Shown piece by piece: positions 1 through 9,824 of a DNA stretch of 64,000 bases. The DNA is taken from contig CANJLF010000002.1 of assembly GCA_947475295.1 (NCBI GenBank), positions 120,690 to 184,689 of the forward strand, read 5' to 3'. A model generated the notes under the pieces. That model made no database searches. It was not told where the DNA came from and saw only the letters and a list, made by a program, of their open reading frames with translations. Each line of letters begins with the position of its first letter. Positions within the stretch are counted from its first letter, which is position 1. The DNA is from Fidelibacterota bacterium (lineage in GTDB: Bacteria > Pseudomonadota > Alphaproteobacteria > Rhodospirillales > Rhodospirillaceae). The position numbers were made by a program, and so were the translations under genes.

Positions 1-345
1 GAAGAATTCTGTGCCCAGATCGCGACGGGCGCGCGCGCCGCCGACATTCTCCGTGCACGCGGCGGTGACCGCCCGCGCATCTTCCATCCGATCGGCCCCG
101 CCGATCCCAAAGCTAAGTTTCAGTTCTCGAATCTATTTTCGTGGCCGAAATGCGCGCAGTGCGTGGGCATTGTCGCGGTCAACCAACCGGACGCACCGGC
201 CGAACCGACGTGCGGCGCCTTGCGCAAGCAAAGCCTTCCGCATCTGGCTTATTTTGTCGTCGACCGCACCACCAGCAAGGGCCATCGCTCGCTGGATGAA
301 AGTATCAGCGACTTTGAGCGCCTGTCCAAGACTCGCAAGCCCTAA
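1..345 (+). CDS. partial CDS (3' end; 5' end off-window), product not recognised
   Basis: Frame 1 is open from base 1 to TAA at 343-345 (hand translation EEFCAQIATGARAADILRARGG...WPKCAQCVGIVAVNQPD...DFERLSKTRKP). Third positions are GC-rich. The listed 163-345 ORF is its tail. No family recognised. Confidence 0.35.
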   Translation, partial: EEFCAQIATGARAADILRARGGDRPRIFHPIGPADPKAKFQFSNLFSWPKCAQCVGIVAVNQPDAPAEPTCGALRKQSLPHLAYFVVDRTTSKGHRSLDESISDFERLSKTRKP

Positions 346-1004
346 ATGCTGTTCCAGTCGACGACGGCGAGACCATGCGTCTGCGCGAGGCGCAGCAGCT
401 TGGCGTTCGGGTTCACGGCCATACCCTCGTCGGCCCAGCGCAGCAACTCGAAGTCGGAATGGTGGTCGGAATAAAAAACGCTGCGGGGCCGCGCGGGCAA
501 AGCCTCGAGAAAAGTTTTCACGGCTTTGACCTTGGCAGGCCCGTAGCAATTCTCGCCCCCCAAGGCTGCGCGCAGATGCCCGCTTTCATCCCAGACGCCG
601 GCCGTGGCGATGACATGATCGAAGCCCAGGCGCGCGGCAAAGACCGCAGCATAAAAATCGAAGCTGGCGGTGGCGAGGACCAGGGTGTGGCCCGCCGCGC
701 GATGCCGCGCGATGGCTTTGAGCGCGCCCGGGCGGAGGCGACAGCGGGCCGTGAACGTGTCGGCCCAAAGTCCCACCTGGGCGCGGGAGGCTCCGGCGAT
801 GAACAGCGCCAGCATGCGCGCTTTAAAGGCGCCCCGGCTGCTGAATCCGGCGACATAAGCCAAGGCCAGTACCACGCCGGTCAGGATCCGAACGACCGTC
901 AGCGGGCTCCTGGGCGCGCAATGGAGGAGGAAGGGCGTATAGGTGCCCGCCCGGGTCACGGTCCGGTCGAGATCGAAGATGGCGACGGTGGGCGCTGACG
1001 GCAT
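342..1004 (-). CDS. HAD-superfamily hydrolase (HAD-IB / phosphoserine-phosphatase-like)
   Basis: N-terminal DxD motif in VAIFDLDRTVT, later LVLATASFD, and C-terminal YSDHHSDFELL, all typical of HAD-IB. Confidence 0.7.
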   Translation of the reverse strand: MPSAPTVAIFDLDRTVTRAGTYTPFLLHCAPRSPLTVVRILTGVVLALAYVAGFSSRGAFKARMLALFIAGASRAQVGLWADTFTARCRLRPGALKAIARHRAAGHTLVLATASFDFYAAVFAARLGFDHVIATAGVWDESGHLRAALGGENCYGPAKVKAVKTFLEALPARPRSVFYSDHHSDFELLRWADEGMAVNPNAKLLRLAQTHGLAVVDWNSI

Positions 1005-1186
1005 AGAACCTCAATAGGACGGGGCTTAAGCCTGCTTTAGCCTAACTTGCTTTAGGGGGCGAACCCGTGTACATGACCGCCACCTTGCCACATGGCAGGG
1101 TGGGCGCCGGCACCCCTGGAGGCCGCGCCGGCATTTCCCGGACTTTAATGTAAGGGATATGCCATTGACTCTAAAGGAGAAAACCG

Positions 1187-1942
1187 ATGCCTAAGACCAG
1201 CAGCTTGCAGGTACAGGGGCGCGATCGGGCAGGTAAGGGGGCAGCTCGGGCCACACGTCGTGGGGGTTTAGTCCCCGGCGTGATTTATGGCGGCAACCAA
1301 GATGCCACGCTGATCGCCCTCGAGCCCAAGATCCTCACGTCCCTGATGCACGACCCCGCCTTCAAGACCAACATCTTCGAAGTCGAGATCGGCGGCAAAA
1401 AGCAGCGCACCATGGCCATGGATGTGCAGCTTCACCCCGTCAGCGACCAGCCGATCCACGCGGACTTCCGCCGGATCGAAAAAGACACCCTTGTGCGCGT
1501 GCCGATTCCCGTACGCTTCCACAATGAAGGCGCCTCGCCCGGCATTAAGGTGGGCGGCGTGCTCAACATCGTGCGCCATGAGGTCGAAGTCCGCGGCCGG
1601 CCCGATGACTTGCCCGACCACATCGATGTGGACCTGACGGGTCTGGAGATCGGCGATTCCGTGCACATCAACGCCGTCACCTTGCCCTCGGGCATTAAGC
1701 CGACCATCGCGCGTAACTTCACGATCTGCACGATCGCACCGCCGACGGTCATGACGGTGGAAGAAGAAACACCCGCCGCGACTGCCGCTACCGCCGAGGG
1801 CGCTACACCCGCCGAAGGTGCGGCCGCTGCTGGTGCTGCTCCCGGAGCCGCTGCTCCGGCCGCCGGCGCCAAGGGTGCTGCTCCCGCTGCCGGCGCCAAG
1901 GCTGCCGCGCCCGCCAAGGGCGGCAGCGACAAGAAGAAGTAA
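1187..1942 (+). CDS. rplY: 50S ribosomal protein L25 / general stress protein Ctc, with Ala/Pro/Lys-rich C-terminal tail
   Basis: RRGGLVPGVIYGG...ALEPKIL...FEVEIGGKK pattern, AAGGAGA Shine-Dalgarno upstream, and classic rplY-pth-ychF order. Confidence 0.9.
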   Translation: MPKTSSLQVQGRDRAGKGAARATRRGGLVPGVIYGGNQDATLIALEPKILTSLMHDPAFKTNIFEVEIGGKKQRTMAMDVQLHPVSDQPIHADFRRIEKDTLVRVPIPVRFHNEGASPGIKVGGVLNIVRHEVEVRGRPDDLPDHIDVDLTGLEIGDSVHINAVTLPSGIKPTIARNFTICTIAPPTVMTVEEETPAATAATAEGATPAEGAAAAGAAPGAAAPAAGAKGAAPAAGAKAAAPAKGGSDKKK

Positions 1943-2029
1943 GACGACACTTCCGCCCGCTCACCTGGCTCCGCCGGGTGAGCGGCGCGCGAAGTCTGCT
2001 CGCACGAAGTCTCCTGGGGAACTCCCGCC

Positions 2030-2671
2030 ATGCGGCTCCTGGTCGGTCTGGGAAATCCCGGCGTGGAATACGCCTTCAACCGTCACAACATCGGGTTTCT
2101 GGCCGTGGACGCCATCGCCGAGCACTATCGCTTTGCGCCGTGGCGCGCACGTTTCCAAGGCGTTATCGCCGAAGGCACCATCGGCGGCATTAAAGTGCTG
2201 GCCCTTAAGCCGGGCACCTATATGAACCTCTCCGGCGAGTCCGTCGGCGCGGCCATGCGCTTTTTCAAGATTCAGCCGGCCGATGTCATTGTCGTCTCCG
2301 ACGAGATTGAATTGGCGCCGGGCAAAGTGAAAGTCAAACAAGGCGGCGGCAGCGCCGGTCATAACGGCATCAAGAGCATCGACGCCCATATCGGCCCCGA
2401 CTACTGGCGCGTGCGCTTAGGCGTGGGCCGCCCCGACGGCAAATCCCAGGTCAAAGGCCATGTCCTGGAGAATTTCGCCAAAAGCGACATGGACTGGCTG
2501 GGCCCCTTGATGAACGCCCTGGCCGAAGCCGCGCCGCTGATGGTGGCCGGCGACGAAAACAAATTCATGAGCAAGGTGGCGTTGCTGACCAAGCCGCCCA
2601 CTGAAAAAAAATCGCCTGAGAAGAAGAAGCCCGAAGGTAAAGCGCCCTCGGAACCAACGGAGCCTAAGTAG
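2030..2671 (+). CDS. pth: peptidyl-tRNA hydrolase
   Basis: MRLLVGLGNPGVEYAFNRHNIGF... and GGSAGHNGIKSI motifs. Confidence 0.95.
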   Translation: MRLLVGLGNPGVEYAFNRHNIGFLAVDAIAEHYRFAPWRARFQGVIAEGTIGGIKVLALKPGTYMNLSGESVGAAMRFFKIQPADVIVVSDEIELAPGKVKVKQGGGSAGHNGIKSIDAHIGPDYWRVRLGVGRPDGKSQVKGHVLENFAKSDMDWLGPLMNALAEAAPLMVAGDENKFMSKVALLTKPPTEKKSPEKKKPEGKAPSEPTEPK

Positions 2672-3775
2672 ATGGGTTTTAATTGCGGTATTGTCGGATT
2701 GCCCAATGTCGGCAAGTCCACCTTGTTCAACGCGCTGACGGCCACCGCCGCCGCTCAAGCCGCCAACTTTCCGTTCTGCACCATCGAACCCAATGTCGGT
2801 CGCGTGGCTATGCCCGACGAGCGCCTCGACGTTCTCGCCGGCGTCGGCAAATCGGCCAAGATCATCCCGACCCAGTTGGAGTTCGTCGATATCGCCGGCC
2901 TGGTGCGCGGCGCCAGCAAGGGCGAGGGCCTCGGCAACAAGTTCCTGGCCAATATCCGCGAGGTCGATGCGGTTGTGCATGTGCTGCGCTGCTTCGAGGA
3001 CGGCAACGTCACCCACGTGGAAAACTCCATCGATCCGATCCGCGACGCCGAAACCGTCGAGACCGAGTTGATGCTCTCGGACTTGGAGAGCCTTGAGCGC
3101 CGTGCTGATCAAGCGCAGAAAAAAGCCAAGGGGGGCGACAAAGAAACCAAAGAACTGCTGGCGGTTATGGAGCCGGTGCTGGAAGCTTTACGCGCGGGCA
3201 AACCCGCCCGCAACGCCCGGCCTGACGATCCGGCGGCCCGCAAGATTTTCAACAGCCTGCAGCTCCTGACCGGCAAACCGGTTCTGTATGTGTGCAACGT
3301 CGAGGAAGGCAGCGCCGCCACGGGTAACGCGCTGTCGGCCAAGGTCGCCGCGCGCGCCAAGGCCGAAGGGGCCGGCATGGTGGTGATCTCCGCCGCCATC
3401 GAGGCGGAAGTCGCGCAGTTAACCGACCCGGCCGAACAGAAAGAGTTTTTGGCAAGCCTCGGCCTCAAGGAGACGGGGCTTACGCAGGTGATCCGCGCGG
3501 GCTACGCCCTGCTTGATCTCATCACCTATTTTACCGTCGGCCCCAAGGAAACCCGCGCCTGGACGATTAAGCGCGCGACCAAAGCCCCGCAAGCGGCTGC
3601 GGTCATTCACAACGACTTCGAGAAGGGCTTCATCCGCGCCGAGACTATCGCCTACAAGGACTTTGTAGCTTTCAACGGCGAACAGGGCGCCAAGGACAAC
3701 GGCAAGGCGCGCTCGGAAGGTAAGGACTACGTGGTGCAGGACGGTGACGTCATGCACTTCCTGTTTAACGTCTAG
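2672..3775 (+). CDS. ychF: redox-regulated ATPase YchF
   Basis: [19 protein letters not shown]-loop, and C-terminal TGS-like ...[19 protein letters not shown] abuts the pth stop. Confidence 0.95.
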   Translation: MGFNCGIVGLPNVGKSTLFNALTATAAAQAANFPFCTIEPNVGRVAMPDERLDVLAGVGKSAKIIPTQLEFVDIAGLVRGASKGEGLGNKFLANIREVDAVVHVLRCFEDGNVTHVENSIDPIRDAETVETELMLSDLESLERRADQAQKKAKGGDKETKELLAVMEPVLEALRAGKPARNARPDDPAARKIFNSLQLLTGKPVLYVCNVEEGSAATGNALSAKVAARAKAEGAGMVVISAAIEAEVAQLTDPAEQKEFLASLGLKETGLTQVIRAGYALLDLITYFTVGPKETRAWTIKRATKAPQAAAVIHNDFEKGFIRAETIAYKDFVAFNGEQGAKDNGKARSEGKDYVVQDGDVMHFLFNV

Positions 3776-4950
3776 AGCTCAATGGCGTCGATCTTCTGCT
3801 CGTGAGACAGGCGAAATATTGCGGTTTCGACAAAACGCCGCAAGGCATCGACATCAATCTTGAAGTCGGTGATTTCATTGACGCCAAAGAGGTTAGAGCG
3901 GACGGGGGACTCGACCGGCTCGCCCTCGATGCGTTCGTAGATCTGACGCAGAAAGAGGGCAGCCCCTAAGCCGCCCCAGGGTCCTGTGACCGCGCCCGGC
4001 GGCGCCAGAAGGAAAATCGTGCAGTGTTCGGGTGCAAAGTGCGTCAGCACGCCGCCCGCGCCCGCGGCTGTGACAACAAAATCAGCGCCGCTGATGATTT
4101 CGATCTGCTCGCGGGCGCTGAGCTTGGTGGCCTCGACAAATTCAAAGCCGTAGTCCTGCAAGACCTGCTTTACCGCGTCCTCATTGACGATTTTTCGCCA
4201 CCTCGCGCCGTCGCGTCCCAGATAGATACGCCGGTGTTTGTGAAGTTGCGGGCCGCCAATGCCGGCAAAGGCGCGGGCCCGCAACCAGTGCAGGCCGGCA
4301 CCCCAGAACCGGTAATTGCCGGCGGTGTCGCGATAGTGGCAGGACGAAGACATCCAGACTTTGCGGTATGCGGGCCCATCGACGATCGGCACGCGAATAA
4401 TGCGTTCCTTGGGAATACCCATAAGTTCCAGGAACCCAATCCATCGCTCGGGCATACGGTCATAGACGACGACGGGGAGTCCATTCAGGAGACCCAAGGG
4501 CTCGAAAATCGCCAAGCGATTGAGGAACTCGAATATGAAATGCCCGAAGTTCGGCGGCTCGACATCGTGCATCCAACCGTGAGGGTAGCGTTCGGTATAC
4601 ATGCCGCCGATAAAAATGCACTCGTCCTCAAGATAGGACGTGAAAAGGGACGATTTCTTCTCGTCGATGAACGTGGCGACGTTTTCGTCCAGGCCCCACG
4701 TCTTATAGGTCTGGCTGGACTGACAGTGGAAAACCACCTTGTCGTCCCGCGAATAGACAAACGTGCGGCCAAAGACGTGGACATCCTGCAGAAGCCCGCA
4801 GCAAACATAGGGGGCATAAATTTCGGGTAGGCCGATATCATTCAGCCGCCGGAGCGGGAGCTTTAAATCAGAGTTCCCGATCGACAGTTCATAAAAGGGG
4901 GTGCCGGCGGCAGCGCAGAGGGCTTTGATAGTCGTAAGCTGCTTGCTCAC
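3772..4950 (-). CDS. putative glycosyltransferase family 61 / DUF563-like protein
   Basis: PPNFGHFIFEFLNRLAIF resembles the N-x-[YF]-H-x3-E-x-L-x-[RK]-L motif of GT61/DUF563. Visibly lower GC than neighbours. Assignment is from memory only. Confidence 0.45.
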   Translation of the reverse strand: MSKQLTTIKALCAAAGTPFYELSIGNSDLKLPLRRLNDIGLPEIYAPYVCCGLLQDVHVFGRTFVYSRDDKVVFHCQSSQTYKTWGLDENVATFIDEKKSSLFTSYLEDECIFIGGMYTERYPHGWMHDVEPPNFGHFIFEFLNRLAIFEPLGLLNGLPVVVYDRMPERWIGFLELMGIPKERIIRVPIVDGPAYRKVWMSSSCHYRDTAGNYRFWGAGLHWLRARAFAGIGGPQLHKHRRIYLGRDGARWRKIVNEDAVKQVLQDYGFEFVEATKLSAREQIEIISGADFVVTAAGAGGVLTHFAPEHCTIFLLAPPGAVTGPWGGLGAALFLRQIYERIEGEPVESPVRSNLFGVNEITDFKIDVDALRRFVETAIFRLSHEQKIDAIEL

Positions 4951-4992
4951 GGCAAACTTCCTAACAAACGCCGCGCGTTACAGGCGCCGGCC

Positions 4993-5030
4993 ACAAAAAA
5001 CCGCCGGTTTTTGGACCGGCGGTTTTGTTT
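4993..5030 (-). terminator. rho-independent terminator downstream of petC (bidirectional-looking)
   Basis: AACCGCCGG-N8-CCGGCGGTT hairpin, flanked by an A-run on + (a T-run on -) and TTTGTTT on +. Confidence 0.6.
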
Positions 5031-5042
5031 GAACCTAACGTT

Positions 5043-5816
5043 CTAGTGAGGAATATTCTTCCATATGCGGCGTTTGGTCAGATAAGCCAGTACCGCGAAG
5101 ATCAGCGCGTACAAAGTCACGCGCAAGCCCGTGGAGTGGCGGGCTTCCAGCTTGGGCTCGGCGGCCCAATGCAGGAACGCGGTCACGTCCTTGGCGATAT
5201 GCGCGGCGTCGTTGGGCGATCCATCGGCGTAAGTCACCAGACCATCGCTGATCTGCTTGGCCATGGCGATCTGGTTTCCGGGGAAATATTTGTCGTAGCT
5301 CGAGCCCGGGTTCATGACGAAACCGGCCGGCGGCTCTTCGTAGCCGAGCAGCAGATTATAAATATAGTCGGGCCCGCCCACGCGCGCCTTGGTGATCAGC
5401 GAAAGATCGGGGGGCAACGCACCGCCGTTCGCCAAGCGCGCCATGGACTCGTTGGCGAAGGGCTTCGGAATATGGTCGGACGGTTTGGCTTTGCGCTTGA
5501 ACATGTCGCCGCTGTCGTCGGGACCGTCCTCGACTTCGTATTGCGCGGCCAGACTTTTAACCTGTTCTTCGCTGTAGCCGAGCGCCTCAAAATTACGGAA
5601 CGAGACGTAATTCAGCGAATGGCAAGCCGCACACACGTCCTTATAAACTTGGAACCCGCGCTGGAGCTGGGCGCGGTCGAAGCCGCCCAGAACGCCGTTA
5701 AAGCTCCAATTTTCCTTCGGAAGTTCGACGTGCTCGGCGGCCCGCAGAGAGGTGGGGAGCACCGAAGGGATCGCAAGGGCAACGACCGCGGCGGCGGCCA
5801 GAAGATACTTTTTCAT
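5043..5816 (-). CDS. petC: cytochrome c1 (ubiquinol-cytochrome c reductase)
   Basis: Signal peptide, CAACHS heme-binding motif, C-terminal TM anchor, and location downstream of cytochrome b. Confidence 0.9.
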   Translation of the reverse strand: MKKYLLAAAAVVALAIPSVLPTSLRAAEHVELPKENWSFNGVLGGFDRAQLQRGFQVYKDVCAACHSLNYVSFRNFEALGYSEEQVKSLAAQYEVEDGPDDSGDMFKRKAKPSDHIPKPFANESMARLANGGALPPDLSLITKARVGGPDYIYNLLLGYEEPPAGFVMNPGSSYDKYFPGNQIAMAKQISDGLVTYADGSPNDAAHIAKDVTAFLHWAAEPKLEARHSTGLRVTLYALIFAVLAYLTKRRIWKNIPH

Positions 5817-5820
5817 GGCT

Positions 5821-7059
5821 TTACTCCGCGGCCTGCAGAACGGGTTGGCTGATGCTCGCCGGCAGGGGCTTGGGTGTTTCCAGCCAGCCCACGACGGGCA
5901 AGATCACCGCGAAATGGATGAAATACCAAATCGTGCCGATCAAGCCGATGGTCGGGATAATCCCTTCCGGCGGCTGCGAGCCGACCCAGCCGAGGATGAG
6001 GACGTCGATGATCCAGGTGACGAAGAAGATGCGGAACACCGGGCGGAAGTTGCCCGAGCGCACGCGGCTGGTGTCGAGCCACGGCAGCGCGAACAGGATC
6101 AAGATCGAGCCGAACATAAGGATGACGCCCAGCAGCTTGTTCGGGATCGAGCGCAGGATGGCGTAGAACGGCAAGTAGTACCATTCCGGCACGATGTGCT
6201 CGGGCGTCTGCAGCGGATTAGCTTTGATGTAGTTGTCCGGCTCACCTAAGGCATTCGGGAACCAGAACACGGCGATGAAATAAATCACCACGAACACGCC
6301 GAGGCCGAAGACGTCCTTCATGACGTAGTAGGGGAAGAACGGGATCTTGTCGGCGGGTGCCGCGTCGATGCCGAGCGGGTTGTTGGCGCCCGGAACATGC
6401 AAAGCCCAGATGTGCAGGAAGATCAGGCCCACGATCACGAACGGCAGCAAGTAGTGCAGCGAGAAGAAGCGGTTCAGTGTCGGGTTGTCGACCGAGAAGC
6501 CGCCCCACAGCAGGGTGACGATCGATTGACCAATTCCCGGGATCGCCGAGAAGAAGTTGGTGATGACGGTCGCACCCCAGAAGCTCATCTGGCCCCAAGG
6601 CAGCACGTAGCCCAGGAAGGCGGTCGCCATCATGGCGAGGTAAATTAGAATGCCGATCCACCACAACACTTCGCGCGGCGACTTATAAGAGCCGTAGTAC
6701 ATGCCGCGCAGAATGTGGATGTAGACGACGATGAAGAAGAAGCTGGCGCCGTTGGCGTGCATATAGCGGATCAGCCAGCCGTAGTTCACATCGCGCATGA
6801 TGTGTTCGACGCTGTCGAAGGCGAGGCTGACATGCGGCGTATAGTTCATGGCCAGGAAAATGCCGGTGAAGATCATCACCGCCAGCATGAACATGGCCAG
6901 TGAGCCGAAGTTCCACCAGTAATTCAGGTTGCGTGGCACCGGGTACTTGGTGCCGAGGGAGTGATCGAGCCAGCTGACGATGGGAAGGCGAGCTTCGTGC
7001 CACTCGTAAGCTTTGCGCCAGGCGCTTTTTCCAGTCGGGCCGCTTTTTTCCGTGCTCAT
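5821..7059 (-). CDS. petB: cytochrome b
   Basis: WWNFGSL...[12 protein letters not shown]...[16 protein letters not shown] signature. Confidence 0.95.
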   Translation of the reverse strand: MSTEKSGPTGKSAWRKAYEWHEARLPIVSWLDHSLGTKYPVPRNLNYWWNFGSLAMFMLAVMIFTGIFLAMNYTPHVSLAFDSVEHIMRDVNYGWLIRYMHANGASFFFIVVYIHILRGMYYGSYKSPREVLWWIGILIYLAMMATAFLGYVLPWGQMSFWGATVITNFFSAIPGIGQSIVTLLWGGFSVDNPTLNRFFSLHYLLPFVIVGLIFLHIWALHVPGANNPLGIDAAPADKIPFFPYYVMKDVFGLGVFVVIYFIAVFWFPNALGEPDNYIKANPLQTPEHIVPEWYYLPFYAILRSIPNKLLGVILMFGSILILFALPWLDTSRVRSGNFRPVFRIFFVTWIIDVLILGWVGSQPPEGIIPTIGLIGTIWYFIHFAVILPVVGWLETPKPLPASISQPVLQAAE

Positions 7060-7072
7060 GGTGCTGCTCCCC

Positions 7073-7624
7073 TTAACCGATGCGCACAGTTGTATCGTTG
7101 ATATAGGTATGGGCCGGAACTTCGAGGTTCAACGGCGCAGGACCTCGGCGGATGCGGCCCGAGGTATCGTAGACCGAGCCATGGCAGGGACAGAACCAAC
7201 CGCCAAATTCGCCGCGCACTTCGGTCGACGCGGTGCCCTGTGGCACGCAGCCGAAGTGCGTACAGACGCCGACGACAATCAGGAACTCGGGCTTCTTCGC
7301 GCGGACTTGATCGGTCTGCGGATCGCGCAGTTCGGCGACGTTGACCTTGCGGGCTTCGTCGATTTCCTGGGCCGTGCGGTGACTGACGAACACCGGTTTG
7401 CCGCGCCACAGCGCTTTGATGCGCTGGCCCTCGGCGATGCCGGCGAGGCTAAGCTCGATGCTCGATAATGCCAGCGTGTCGGCGGCGGGGTTCATGCTGC
7501 TGATCAAGGGCCAGACCATCATGCCAGCGCCCACAACGCCCATCGCCGCCGTGGTGTGCAACAAAAAGTCGCGACGCGTTTCGTCCGCCGCATCGGCAGC
7601 ATGAGCGTGTGCGGTATTAGCCAT
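7073..7624 (-). CDS. petA: ubiquinol-cytochrome c reductase Rieske iron-sulfur subunit
   Basis: CTHFGCVP and CPCHGSVYD Rieske boxes. N-terminal RRDFL Tat motif. Confidence 0.95.
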   Translation of the reverse strand: MANTAHAHAADAADETRRDFLLHTTAAMGVVGAGMMVWPLISSMNPAADTLALSSIELSLAGIAEGQRIKALWRGKPVFVSHRTAQEIDEARKVNVAELRDPQTDQVRAKKPEFLIVVGVCTHFGCVPQGTASTEVRGEFGGWFCPCHGSVYDTSGRIRRGPAPLNLEVPAHTYINDTTVRIG

Positions 7625-7877
7625 GATGTAATCCCTCTAACTGTGACCCCGAAGGTCCGTCCCGCAACGCACAGCCAAAAGATGCTTTCGATTCGAGCGA
7701 TTCTTTAGAATTTCGCTCTCGGCAAAAGGGTCTAGCGAAGGGTGAACCTTTATCCTTATTACCCCGAAGACCGGCCCCAACCGGCGGAAGCATAAGGGTT
7801 TTCAGCGCCGCGGGTATAGAATAAAAAGCCCGCCTTGAAAAGACCTCGCGGCAGCGGCCCAGCCCACCCAAAAGTGC

Positions 7878-8354
7878 ATGATGCGTCTCGCCCTTTACCA
7901 GCCCGACATTCCCCAAAACACCGGCGCGGCGCTGCGGCTCGCGGCCTGCTTCAAGGTGCCTGTGGATATCATCGAACCGTGTGGATTTCCTTTTGATGAC
8001 AAGCGTTTACGCCGCAGCGCCATGGACTACGGCGGAGCGTGCGCGCTCGCCCGGCACGACTCCTGGGAGACATTCTTGAAGACCTTCCGGCAGGCCGGCG
8101 GGCAGCGGCTGATCTTGTTATCCACAGCCTCGGCGATCACCTTTACGGACTTCGAATTTCACCCCACGGACACACTGCTTTTGGGGCGGGAAAGCCACGG
8201 CGTGCCGGAAGCCGTCCATAACGCCGCCGACGCCCGGGTCCGCATCCCCATTGCGGCCGATATGCGATCCTTAAATGTCGTGGTCGCGGCGGCGATTGTG
8301 CTGGCCGAGGCCTTGCGCCAGCAGCATGTTTTTCAAGGCCGCACTTTTCTTTAA
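7878..8354 (+). CDS. trmL: tRNA (cytidine/uridine-2'-O-)-methyltransferase TrmL (SpoU family)
   Basis: LALYQPDIPQNTGAALRLAA...GRESHGVP...IPI..DMRSLNV, SPOUT pattern, ~158 aa. Confidence 0.85.
   Translation: MMRLALYQPDIPQNTGAALRLAACFKVPVDIIEPCGFPFDDKRLRRSAMDYGGACALARHDSWETFLKTFRQAGGQRLILLSTASAITFTDFEFHPTDTLLLGRESHGVPEAVHNAADARVRIPIAADMRSLNVVVAAAIVLAEALRQQHVFQGRTFL
8118..8126. promoter_or_regulatory. perfect DnaA-box 9-mer TTATCCACA inside trmL coding sequence
   Basis: Exact match read in the sequence (ctg atc ttg TTA TCC ACA gcc). Function unproven. Confidence 0.3.
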
Positions 8355-8515
8355 AGCGGGCTTTGAGAGGTGCACCCAACCTGGGCGGGTGACAAAAAAT
8401 TCATCCTCCAACCATCATTCTGTAAGGCTGGCGCGGCTAAAGTCCTCGGACGGTACGACGACCCAAAACATCCCCTCTGTAAGGTCGTCGACGGGCTCTG
8501 CACCCCTCAGGGCCC

Positions 8516-9814
8516 CTACAAAGCTAGCGGCTCCGGTCCCCCTCCGGAGCCGTCTTTGTTGTCAGCGCCGGCGCTTTGATCGACCAGATGCCGCAAATGA
8601 GCCAAGGTTTGCGCGCGGTCGGGCTCGAAGCCGGCGCCGATCCACCATTCCGCCGCCGCCGCCAAAAGCCGGCCAACGGCCGGACCGGCCGCAACGCCCA
8701 AGGCCAAGACATCGTCGCCGCTCACCGGCAAGGTCTTGGGAGTCCAGGCCGCCGACGCCGCCAGCAGCGCGCGCCAGGGCGCGGGACTGGGAACGTCTTG
8801 GCGCTGTGACCAGGCCAACAGAATCCGGTCGGTCACCGGCGCCGCCCCGAGATGAAACAGCGCGCGGCGCAGGTGCAAAGGATCGGTGTGATCGTCAAGA
8901 AACGGTCCAGCTTGTGTCAACGCCTTCAGCCGATCGCGGTCGACATTGGACAGCTTGAGCCGGTCGGCGACACTTCCCGATTCTCCGCTCGGCAACAAGG
9001 CCGCCAAACGGCGCAGCCAATCGCGTGCGCCAGAACCTGTTTGCGCTTCCAGCGTGACCAGCCGCGCGAAACTGGCCACGTCAAAACCGCCGGGCAGCAC
9101 TTGTTGCAAGATGCCGCACGCGGCCATGAGTGTGATCGCTTCCACCGGCGACGGCGCGGACAACAACTTCACCAACTCCTGTTGGATACGTTCGGCCGAC
9201 AGCCGCGACAAACCTGAGGCATGCGCACGGCAAGCAGCCAGCGTCGCCGGTTCCAGCGGCACACGGCCGTACCAGGCAAAGAACCGGAAGAGCCGCAAAA
9301 TGCGCAAGTAGTCTTCCTGAATGCGGTCCCCGGCATCGCCGACAAAGCGGACGCGCCCGGCTTTCGCATCGTCGAAACCGCCGTGGTCGTCGAACAGCGT
9401 GCCGTCGGGCCGCAGCGACAGCGCGTTCATGGTGAAGTCGCGCCGGCGCGCGTCCTCGTGCCAATCGGCGGTGAATTCCACGGCGGCGTGACGCCCGTCG
9501 CAGGCCGTATCGCGGCGCAAGGTTGTAATCTCGAACGTCGCGCCGTCGGTGATCGCCATGACCGTGCCGTGTTCAAGCCCCGTGGGCACGGCCTTGAGGC
9601 CCGCACCGGCAAGGCGCTCGATCACGCGCGCGGGCACGTCGGGCGTCGCCAGATCGATCTCGCCGACGTCCAAGCCCATAACAGTATTGCGCACCGCGCC
9701 GCCGACAAAGCGCACATCGACACTGCCGGCGTCCAACGCGCGCAGTACACGCACGAGCGGCGCGGCGGTCATCCACGACTGTATTCGCAGCTGATGTTGA
9801 GAACCGGACGTCAC
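8516..9814 (-). CDS. cca: CCA tRNA nucleotidyltransferase / poly(A) polymerase family protein
   Basis: RFVGGAVRNTVMGLDVGEIDLAT...TLRRD...DFTMNAL motifs. Confidence 0.8.
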   Translation of the reverse strand: MTSGSQHQLRIQSWMTAAPLVRVLRALDAGSVDVRFVGGAVRNTVMGLDVGEIDLATPDVPARVIERLAGAGLKAVPTGLEHGTVMAITDGATFEITTLRRDTACDGRHAAVEFTADWHEDARRRDFTMNALSLRPDGTLFDDHGGFDDAKAGRVRFVGDAGDRIQEDYLRILRLFRFFAWYGRVPLEPATLAACRAHASGLSRLSAERIQQELVKLLSAPSPVEAITLMAACGILQQVLPGGFDVASFARLVTLEAQTGSGARDWLRRLAALLPSGESGSVADRLKLSNVDRDRLKALTQAGPFLDDHTDPLHLRRALFHLGAAPVTDRILLAWSQRQDVPSPAPWRALLAASAAWTPKTLPVSGDDVLALGVAAGPAVGRLLAAAAEWWIGAGFEPDRAQTLAHLRHLVDQSAGADNKDGSGGGPEPLAL

Positions 9815-9824
9815 GGGCAGGTCC

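Noticed and set aside
1085-1110. Hairpin CCACCTTGCC-ACAT-GGCAGGGTGG in the rplY leader as an r-protein autoregulatory structure
   Set aside because: It is a single imperfect hairpin. I know of no L25 leader motif to compare it with, and it cannot be supported from sequence alone.
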